A stretch of DNA of 64,000 bases from a virus: the IMG/VR virus record IMGVR_UViG_3300047323_000138, positions 1 through 64,000 of that record. One strand, 5' to 3'. The translations under genes and the position numbers were made by a program. This document shows positions 30,150 to 37,079 of this stretch, in pieces; positions within the stretch are counted from its first letter, which is position 1; each line of letters begins with the position of its first letter. The notes under the pieces are model-generated. The model ran no database searches. It was not told where the DNA came from and saw only the letters and a list, made by a program, of their open reading frames with translations.

Positions 30150-30338
30150 TTTAAAACCCTTTTAGTCAAGTCACCGAATGTCGCAACGGGGACAATGTAA
30201 CAAACCCACAAAAGGAGACTTGCTGAAAAGGTCTTACCGTTACGTTGTTTTTAAAGGTAGTTGCGCTACCTGATACACAATATCATACACTTAAAACTCA
30301 GGGCACATTGCGTGCCCGTTGTCTTATTCAACCACAAA

Positions 30339-30413
30339 TTACTTTCTATTCGAACGTGGTCCATCAAACCTAGTATCAGGTGATGGGTTCGGATTTGTAA
30401 TTTTCTTAGCCAT
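30339..30413 (-). pseudogene. 24-aa remnant duplicating the N-terminus of 29056..29460
   Basis: MAKKITNPNPSPDTRFDGPRSNRK-TAA versus MTKKITNPNPSPSTRFGAERSNQN (17/24 identical). Confidence 0.8.
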
Positions 30414-30442
30414 TTTAGTACCTTACATTAAAGCAGCTTGAA

Positions 30443-32950
30443 TTATGAAACATAAAGGTCCCCCAAAGTGCTTGTAAAAAAGTTCCAAGTAGCATTAGGG
30501 TTTGTTGATCCAATAGGTGTAGCCTTCAATTGTGAAGAGGCGTCAATAGACCATGTGAACGATGGGAATGTTCCACCAGCACCAGTTAGAAGCCCAACAG
30601 CACTGACAGTTACCAATTGAGGAGCAAGAGACGTGGCTCCCTTAGCTACCTGAAGGATGTAATGTGCTGTCTCAGAAGCATTTGCATCGACTTGTTTAAC
30701 TGTAATGAACAATACACCGGAAAAGTTGGTTGCTGTACCATCTTGTGAAACACAAGTACCAACCACGTTTCCGGTGGTTGTCAGGTTCTTGGAGATTGTC
30801 TGTGATGCAGTGTTGATCCTTTTAGATGAATAGTCCCTACGTGCTGTGCTGTTCTCGTCACGATTACCCACACCAGTGATAAAATCATAGGAAGTTCCCA
30901 GCGGGACGTTAACGGTGTTATATCTTGCTCTTGCTCCTTTGGAACCCTCAGAGTCAGTGGAGATAGATATCCCAGATGCTCCAGCAACGCCTGAGTGTAG
31001 ATAACAGCCCTCAACAATAGCCTTACCTTTGTTTACCCTAATACCAGACCCATTGAATTGGTATGCTGTTACGTCTTTTACAACAACATCGGGAAGAAGC
31101 TCAAGACCTCCGGTGGGGGAGATGTCACCGGTGACATCTGCCACGTTGTTCAGGAATGCACTAGTAATCATGTAGGCATTAGCTTTACTACCTACGGCAG
31201 AGCAGTTCTCAATGCTTGCATTTTGAGCACCGTATACCGAGAACGAATGTGATCCGGAGGTGGGGTTCCTCTCTATAATATCAACACCGCGCATGACAAC
31301 ATGCTCGTGGTAGCCGCCAGAGGCCGCCGCGATAATAGCCACACCTGTTGCGGAGCCTGCTGCTGGAACATCACCTACACTGAGGGCAGACGGAAGAACT
31401 TCAATATTACTGGCGATACCACACTTGTACAAACGATGAGTACCTGTGAAAGCACCAATAGTTTTGTAAGTACCTGTGATAGCATCTTCCTTGGTTTCAG
31501 CTACTTTAATAGTGTTAGCGTCAACTACAATAGCGAAATAGTAATTGGCCCGTCCAAAACCAGTAATCGCTGTGTTGTTCTGGCGGGAGTAAATTAAAGG
31601 GTAACCTGTAGTCAATCCGTGCGCTGTCAGGGTGAGAGCATTTGCGGAAGATGTGGTAAAATCGTATTTACCTAAAGTGTATGGCTCTATACCAATAACT
31701 TCACGCATAGTGTCGGTAGAGAACACCTGCATACTACCATGATCTACGTTCCCATATTGAAGGCCGAAGTTACCGCCTTTCTCACAGATAAGTTTTCCAT
31801 AGCAGTTAGTGGACGGTCTGTTATATGGATAAAAAGCACTAACGCCTACGGCTCCACCCAAAGCAGTGCCATCTGAAATTACTTTCAAATCTAGGAATAG
31901 ACCATCTGTATTATCTAGCAATATACCATGTTCAGCATGAGTACCAATACGAGCTACAGTGAATCCCTTCAAGGATATGTTCTTAAGTCTTGGTCCAGTG
32001 AATGGGCTTGCAAAGAACAGCTTACCAGAAGATGGAAACTTACAATAAATTGCAGGAGAATAGCTATCATCCCCCAAGATATCCATTGAAGACCACACAT
32101 GTATTGTATCAGTGATCATGTACTTCTTGTTTCTTTTAAGCTTGATTGGTAAGCCCGAAGCTTCTGCTGCAAGGAAGGCTGGCGTACAATCCGTGCCAAT
32201 CTGGGTATCTGGGTCATAGTCACCAACTGCACCAAACAATTCAATAGGCACACGAGAGTCACCAAGTATGGAGTAGATAGTGGCTGGTGTGCCATCAAGG
32301 TCAATACCGATCAAGGCCGCGCCTTTTAAATGATCGGAGTTGTTGGATAGATCTGCGATATCAGCTTTAGTAGAAAGAAGCCCTTCAGTATACACAGCAC
32401 TAGCTTCAGCGGCATTAGCCGAATCCAAAGAATCCTGTGCAGATGTGGAAGCTTCAGCAGCCTTAGTGGTGGATACACCCGCAGAAGTACTAGCAGATGA
32501 TGCACTATTAGCCGAGTTAGTTGCAGAGGTTTGACTGGCTGTAGCACTGTTTGCAGATTGAGTAGCTGACGTACTCGCATTCGTAGCACTTACAGCAGCA
32601 GCATTCTTACTAGCCAATGCAGCAGCAGCGTCAGCTGCCACTTGAGCTACAAGAGGGTCTGAATGAGCTGTTTGACCAATCATCAACAGAGCATTAATAG
32701 TTGTCTCTGTTGTATCATCTGTAATTTCAATATTACCAATGCTTGTAAATGCATGGTAATCATTTACGAATACACTTACTTTATACCAGCCATTAGGGAC
32801 ATCAATTTCATATGCTCCATCCACATTTGTCTTAAAATCTTTAGTGACAAACTGGAGAACATCTGGAGATGTGTTGTTAGCTGTAATCCGTACAAGTGAA
32901 TTTGAATATGGAACACCTGTAGGGGTTAGAAGAATACCTGAAAGAATCAT
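30443..32950 (-). CDS. Tailspike/fibre with beta-helix (pectate-lyase-like) depolymerase domain
   Basis: lambda-Stf-like N-terminal domain, Ala/Ser-rich stalk, FGAVGD..DCTPAF beta-helix start. Confidence 0.8.
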   Translation of the reverse strand: MILSGILLTPTGVPYSNSLVRITANNTSPDVLQFVTKDFKTNVDGAYEIDVPNGWYKVSVFVNDYHAFTSIGNIEITDDTTETTINALLMIGQTAHSDPLVAQVAADAAAALASKNAAAVSATNASTSATQSANSATASQTSATNSANSASSASTSAGVSTTKAAEASTSAQDSLDSANAAEASAVYTEGLLSTKADIADLSNNSDHLKGAALIGIDLDGTPATIYSILGDSRVPIELFGAVGDYDPDTQIGTDCTPAFLAAEASGLPIKLKRNKKYMITDTIHVWSSMDILGDDSYSPAIYCKFPSSGKLFFASPFTGPRLKNISLKGFTVARIGTHAEHGILLDNTDGLFLDLKVISDGTALGGAVGVSAFYPYNRPSTNCYGKLICEKGGNFGLQYGNVDHGSMQVFSTDTMREVIGIEPYTLGKYDFTTSSANALTLTAHGLTTGYPLIYSRQNNTAITGFGRANYYFAIVVDANTIKVAETKEDAITGTYKTIGAFTGTHRLYKCGIASNIEVLPSALSVGDVPAAGSATGVAIIAAASGGYHEHVVMRGVDIIERNPTSGSHSFSVYGAQNASIENCSAVGSKANAYMITSAFLNNVADVTGDISPTGGLELLPDVVVKDVTAYQFNGSGIRVNKGKAIVEGCYLHSGVAGASGISISTDSEGSKGARARYNTVNVPLGTSYDFITGVGNRDENSTARRDYSSKRINTASQTISKNLTTTGNVVGTCVSQDGTATNFSGVLFITVKQVDANASETAHYILQVAKGATSLAPQLVTVSAVGLLTGAGGTFPSFTWSIDASSQLKATPIGSTNPNATWNFFTSTLGDLYVS

Positions 32951-32983
32951 ATTGTCCCTACTGGAATAATTATTGTTTTAGAA

Positions 32984-33277
32984 TTCTTAAGCGAACTTAC
33001 AGGCAATGCCTTGCAATATTCATAATGAAGAAGAACGCTTAAGAAATGACCCTGTACTAAGCCTATACCGTAAGGAGAGGTACGTTACACGCTATCAAGG
33101 TCAGAAGACTAATTCACAGGAGAGGGAATGAATAGTCTTAATGCTGTCTGAGGAAGAGGAGAGAAAGACAGCTTTTGAAGATAATGCTTTATGTAGAATT
33201 TAAGTTCTTATCGCATTATCGGTGAAACTGGAATTAGTGCTCTGCTCACCCTCCCAACCGACATTCACTTTTGGAGG
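32984..33277 (-). ncRNA. Array of seven abutting hairpins, three with CUCUCCU loops
   Basis: Stems at 32984-33045, 33047-33103, 33105-33139, 33143-33172, 33180-33220, 33221-33250, 33250-33277; G-U pairs favour minus strand. Confidence 0.7.
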
Positions 33278-33279
33278 CT

Positions 33280-33326
33280 ACGCGACCTAATAAGGTTTCG
33301 ACTTATCACAAAGTCTCATCAGGCGT
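33280..33326 (-). ncRNA. Type I hammerhead ribozyme
   Basis: acgc CUGAUGA gacuu-ugugau-aaguc GAAA ccu-uauu-agg UC gcgu: complete core, three stems, GUC cleavage triplet. Confidence 0.92.
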
Positions 33327-33335
33327 GTTAAATAA

Positions 33336-33450
33336 GTGCGAATGCTGGATACCTACTTGCAGAGCGGTGGTATCGTACGCTCGTAAATTAATGCTGGTGT
33401 TGTTTATCTCGTCTTTATCACGAGGTGGCAGAATCCAGCAACTGCGCATT
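33336..33450 (-). ncRNA. Multi-branch structured RNA domain 5' of the hammerhead
   Basis: ugcuggau/auccagca closing stem enclosing cucgu/acgag and gagcg/cgcuc hairpins. Confidence 0.6.
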
Positions 33451-33452
33451 CT

Positions 33453-33713
33453 TTAACAAGTGATCTGAACAGGACTTTGAAAGTCTGTCAACTTCCACTG
33501 TTTGAAGTAGTCTGAAGGATACACCCGAGTAGGTATGTCACCAACCCCTACGAATACTTCTTTGTTACGATCAGGTGTACGCACTGGTGTGACCTTATCA
33601 AACACAAGCTTCAAATGATCTTTAATCATCAACCATTGGTTTTCAGAGATGGTGTCTGTGTCAGATAGTTCTACGAAGCCTTGAAGCCAGTATGTGAAGC
33701 TTTCGGAATTCAT
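33453..33713 (-). CDS. Conserved phage hypothetical protein
   Basis: F.YWLQGFVEL...QW.MIKDHL.LVF.KVTP motif. Confidence 0.7.
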   Translation of the reverse strand: MNSESFTYWLQGFVELSDTDTISENQWLMIKDHLKLVFDKVTPVRTPDRNKEVFVGVGDIPTRVYPSDYFKQWKLTDFQSPVQITC

Positions 33714-33715
33714 GG

Positions 33716-33850
33716 TTATTCTTCCATGCCAATTTCTTCACAACCAATATCAAGATATTCAAACAAAGCTTCTGGAGATTCAAAGTGAATAAGATTTTCA
33801 CCACGATCTGTTGCTTCCATTACTTCTAGAGTTTTAGCACTTGGAATCAT
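33716..33850 (-). CDS. 44-aa peptide resembling the C-terminal toxin-binding region of DinJ/RelB antitoxins (absent from ORF track)
   Basis: MIPSAKTLEVMEATDRGENLIHFESPEALFEYLDIGCEEIGMEE; AAGGA RBS; own promoter. Confidence 0.65.
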   Translation of the reverse strand: MIPSAKTLEVMEATDRGENLIHFESPEALFEYLDIGCEEIGMEE

Positions 33851-33873
33851 TTATATTTTCCTTTCGATATAAG

Positions 33874-33902
33874 AGTATAACATCTTTTAGATGAATTGTA
33901 CA
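33874..33902 (-). promoter_or_regulatory. sigma70-like promoter with dyad in spacer
   Basis: TGTACA-17 bp-TATACT with extended TG; catct-aaa-agatg dyad. Confidence 0.55.
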
Positions 33903-33909
33903 CAATTAT

Positions 33910-34116
33910 TTAGTAGTCAATATGTTTTGAGCCGTCAGACTCAGATTCATAATAAGCTTCAGTAATATCTTCAAATTGATATCGTTTAGGTTCATATTCA
34001 TCAATATTGTAAACTACGTTTAGGCAAGCGGAGCAGAAATCCTCTTCTTGACCATTTTCTTGCAACATTTTAAAGTTCCTCCACGTCAGAGGGACATTAC
34101 AGCAACGACACCTCAT
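33910..34116 (-). CDS. Small zinc-ribbon protein with acidic tail
   Basis: CRCC...FCSAC. Confidence 0.65.
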   Translation of the reverse strand: MRCRCCNVPLTWRNFKMLQENGQEEDFCSACLNVVYNIDEYEPKRYQFEDITEAYYESESDGSKHIDY

Positions 34117-34151
34117 CGGTGGATTCCTTTTGTTAGTTCAGGTTAGGTTCC

Positions 34152-34182
34152 ATTATACTCACATGGATATGTGTTCTGTCAA
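34152..34182 (-). promoter_or_regulatory. Consensus sigma70 promoter with 19-bp dyad-containing spacer
   Basis: TTGACA-gaacacatatccatgtgag-TATAAT. Confidence 0.6.
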
Positions 34183-34303
34183 GTAAATTGAAAAATAAAT
34201 ATTATTTCTTATCTACCTTACAGAATGTTGTATCCCCCAATACTGTTTCCCAAGCTAAAAACATAGCTTCTCTCCTAAAAGCACATCCTTGTGCATAAAT
34301 AAA

Positions 34304-34969
34304 TTATCTGCCGCATGAACCTACAAGGCTACAATTCGGAAAGTTTGGACAGCCAGCATGTAGGTAGGAAAACGCATCAGAATACCTCTTGTCCAAAACT
34401 AATGCTTTATTGTTACCTATTGATGCTAGATGAATTGTTAATCCGCACTTATGCAACCAATGAGATAAATTCTCATATGAATGCTCATCAATGTCTGGTG
34501 AAACTTTAGCCAATTGCTTATAGAATTCCTCATGACTTGCATCTTGGTCAATCACTATACCTTTAATTTTTGAGATTATAGGTTGAGATGCCATGTTAGG
34601 GTTCAACAATTTATTATAAATACCATTATCTTTTTCCTCCCAAATCATATCTGTCTCAATTCCTTGAGCCTCAGATTGGGTGAGCTTCTCTACCACCTTC
34701 GTAACAACCAACTCCTTCCCTTCGTGGAAATCTTTATTCAATTGAGAACAAGAGCTTTTACCACTTACACAGTGGCGGGATCTGTTTCCTTTACCCATCC
34801 CAATATATCTGAGTACACCATCAACGTGGCAAACATACACGTAGTAAATATTCTGATGCTCTGGCGAAACAGGTGTTTGCATTTTAACTCTTTCTTCTTC
34901 GGTTGTCTTGCGGTTAGGACGCTCAATAACTCGTTTGATTGGGTCCATAAAGTCTTTACTAATTTTCAT
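34304..34969 (-). CDS. GIY-YIG endonuclease
   Basis: YYVYVC..DGVLRYIGMGKGNR..H, EA..IE..MI and YN motifs. Confidence 0.75.
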   Translation of the reverse strand: MKISKDFMDPIKRVIERPNRKTTEEERVKMQTPVSPEHQNIYYVYVCHVDGVLRYIGMGKGNRSRHCVSGKSSCSQLNKDFHEGKELVVTKVVEKLTQSEAQGIETDMIWEEKDNGIYNKLLNPNMASQPIISKIKGIVIDQDASHEEFYKQLAKVSPDIDEHSYENLSHWLHKCGLTIHLASIGNNKALVLDKRYSDAFSYLHAGCPNFPNCSLVGSCGR

Positions 34970-34977
34970 GTTTCATC

Positions 34978-35460
34978 CTAAAAAGGTAGTTGTGAATCAT
35001 CCCAATCATCAACGGGCTGGTGCTTGTATGGTTTTGGTGTTTGCGCGGGTTTAGGTACTACTTTCTCCACATACTTAGGCTTTTCTTCCTCAAGTATCTT
35101 GAAGGCTGCGACACTACCTTCCCACAAAACTAAATCAGAATGCACCTTGTAGTAAAACCACCGCCATTGACCAGAATCGGGCCTCAACTTCTGACCTTCC
35201 ATAATTCCATGATCAAGAAAGGATCTTAGGATTGTTCCTGCGGATTTATACTCTACACCACAACATTTAGCGATTGTTGCTTGTGCTTCATAATGTTGAC
35301 CTTTCAAGGTTTCAGTAAAGAACTCATTCTTACTGAGCATATAGGCATAAATAATCTTACCACTTGCTGAGAGCTTTACAGCTTCTCCTGTCTTCTTACT
35401 AATGTACCCATCTGCCAATGCTAGGCTTTTGGGTAGTTTATAGAATTCATCTGTGTTCAC
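34978..35460 (-). CDS. Winged-HTH DNA-binding protein (Rep/replisome-organiser-like)
   Basis: FYKLPK..LSASGKIIYAYM..EAQATIAKCCGVEYKSAGTILRSFLDHG; DDSQLPF SSB-like acidic tip. Confidence 0.65.
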   Translation of the reverse strand: MNTDEFYKLPKSLALADGYISKKTGEAVKLSASGKIIYAYMLSKNEFFTETLKGQHYEAQATIAKCCGVEYKSAGTILRSFLDHGIMEGQKLRPDSGQWRWFYYKVHSDLVLWEGSVAAFKILEEEKPKYVEKVVPKPAQTPKPYKHQPVDDWDDSQLPF

Positions 35461-35516
35461 ATTGTTGTACCTTTAGTTATATTATTGTAAATCTAGAGTT
35501 TTTATGTTGCTATTTT

Positions 35517-35642
35517 CTATTTTGTCATATCTTGAATCTCCTTTAGTTTGAACATGCATTTCAGAATAAAAGATTGTCGACTCATCTCACCACGATTCTC
35601 ATCAATCCAAGAAAGTAGTGGTCGAGGGATAATCAAGCTCAT
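35517..35642 (-). CDS. 41-aa CopG/Arc-like ribbon-helix-helix protein (absent from ORF track)
   Basis: MSLIIPRPLLSWIDENRGEMSRQSFILKCMFKLKEIQDMTK; AGGAGA RBS; beta-strand, L..ID, MSR..FI pattern. Confidence 0.65.
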   Translation of the reverse strand: MSLIIPRPLLSWIDENRGEMSRQSFILKCMFKLKEIQDMTK

Positions 35643-35672
35643 TTTGTATCTCCTACGTTATTTATCTCATAG

Positions 35673-36010
35673 GTATAGGACAAAAGATCCCATACTCGTT
35701 TCTTTCTCTATCACTTCGTTCTTGCACCAAACAATGAATAAAAGAACAAAAGCTTTGCACTCTTAAATCAAGATCTTGCTGAATACCACAATCTTACGCT
35801 CTACCGAGCTGTTTGTAAAGTATAGGATATTAAATCCTATTAGCTTTTAAAATCTATATTTTCTTTCTATCTTAATCATTCTATATAAAGAGACATTTTA
35901 TCCTATACATATAACCTTAAATGTCCCATACCTATAGGATAAATTAAGTAGCTTTTTAATTCCTTTCATCTTTGTTTCTTCATTCCCATAAAGATTAGCA
36001 CCCTTCCCAT
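35673..36010. repeat. TCCYATA repeats (inverted pairs and ~22-23-bp direct spacing) in AT-rich divergent intergenic region
   Basis: TATAGGA-N7-TCCCATA at 35674, TATAGGA-N7-TCCTATT at 35821; further copies at 35901, 35924, 35933. Confidence 0.6.
35791..35819 (-). promoter_or_regulatory. sigma70-like promoter for the RHH-wHTH operon
   Basis: TTTACA-17 bp-TAAGAT; gctc-ggta-gagc dyad in spacer. Confidence 0.55.
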
Positions 36011-36088
36011 GTATCTGTCAACCCTCACACCAAAATAATCCCTATTCCAAATCAACCTAACCAAATATAAATTCTTTTAGCAATCCGC

Positions 36089-36117
36089 TTGCTTTCCACA
36101 AATCTGTAGCGTAATAT
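36089..36117 (+). promoter_or_regulatory. sigma70-like promoter opening the plus-strand block
   Basis: TTGCTT-17 bp-TAATAT, then AGGAGAG RBS. Confidence 0.6.
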
Positions 36118-36154
36118 AGGTTCATCAAATACAGAAACACACAGGAGAGAAGAA

Positions 36155-36436
36155 ATGAATGTGCATTTTGAAGTCTGGACAACTGAAATTACACTGAACA
36201 AAGAGATGACCTTCTATAATCATTTGTGGTGGGATATGAAATCCAATCGATACGGTATCACACATTTTATTGAAAAATACGATGACGTTTGTGAGCACAC
36301 CGCTTCGTATGAATTCTTCAGGAATGGTGAGATGTTGTGTTCAGGTGAAGGTGATCCAATTCCTCAAGATAAAATTGGTACAGGTGGGGTTAGTGTTATG
36401 GTGCAGATTGATTATGCGGAGTACGTGTTCAAATGA
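36155..36436 (+). CDS. Hypothetical protein
   Basis: Strong RBS; coupled to next ORF. Confidence 0.7.
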   Translation: MNVHFEVWTTEITLNKEMTFYNHLWWDMKSNRYGITHFIEKYDDVCEHTASYEFFRNGEMLCSGEGDPIPQDKIGTGGVSVMVQIDYAEYVFK

Positions 36437-36891
36437 GATATACACGCGGTAAATGGGTCGCTAGCTACCGAGATACATTCTCCCTAGACATCACCCTATC
36501 CCCAATCATCTACGCCGGACTCTCACGTTTCCACGATGTCTTAGAACAAAAGAATCGCGAAGGGAGATGTCTAGGTATCCCAAACGAATATATGAAAGAC
36601 GAATCCAAGTGGGTGACAGACTCTGACGTACAAAATTGGCTAGACGACATCAAGAAGATGATGTATGCTTTCGAGAACAAAGAGCCTGATATAAGTTTGT
36701 ATGGGTTTAAGCTAGAGATGGTGCCAGTTCCGGGAGGTGTTGCTAAAGAAGGCTGCTCAGTTCCCTACACAATCGAGTGTGATAATCTGGAAGAGAAAGC
36801 TAGATATCGTGCTGATTGTGTTGAGCATGAGAGGTTGGTGCAAGAAGGGTTGAATCTACTAGCACTTCGCTGGAAGTCTCTTTGGTGGTAA
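36433..36891 (+). CDS. Conserved phage hypothetical protein
   Basis: DTFSLD.TL..II..GL..F and W...LKKM..AF pattern. Confidence 0.7.
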   Translation: MRYTRGKWVASYRDTFSLDITLSPIIYAGLSRFHDVLEQKNREGRCLGIPNEYMKDESKWVTDSDVQNWLDDIKKMMYAFENKEPDISLYGFKLEMVPVPGGVAKEGCSVPYTIECDNLEEKARYRADCVEHERLVQEGLNLLALRWKSLWW

Positions 36892-36914
36892 ATTAATTTA
36901 ATAGGAGAAAGGAA

Positions 36915-37079
36915 ATGAGTGATTATATTGAAGCTGGCTACGAAACACGCAAACACTATCTAGAATCTCTAGCTGATGAATATAATGTAGATATTGAGGT
37001 AGTGTTTGCACTAGCTTCTCTACTTGGACGGAATGAAGACTTTGATGGTTTGATTAGCGCTTTGGAGGATTCACAGTGA
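36915..37079 (+). CDS. 54-aa acidic hypothetical protein (absent from ORF track)
   Basis: MSDYIEAGYETRKHYLESLADEY...EDFDGLISALEDSQ; AGGAG RBS; overlaps MTase start. Confidence 0.65.
   Translation: MSDYIEAGYETRKHYLESLADEYNVDIEVVFALASLLGRNEDFDGLISALEDSQ

Noticed and set aside
29460-30340. Group I intron interrupting terS
   Set aside because: No P7/catalytic-core motifs recognised; no room for a 3' intron core because the downstream copy has its own ATG overlapping the HNH stop
33060-33175. Plus-strand RsmY/RsmZ-like GGA-loop sponge
   Set aside because: Demoted, not excluded: G-U pairs, hammerhead orientation and flanking genes all favour the minus strand
28770-33450. tRNA or tmRNA genes in the intergenic gaps where related phages often carry tRNAs
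   Set aside because: No cloverleaf with T-loop GTTCRA and CCA end found by eye; tRNAscan-SE/ARAGORN should confirm
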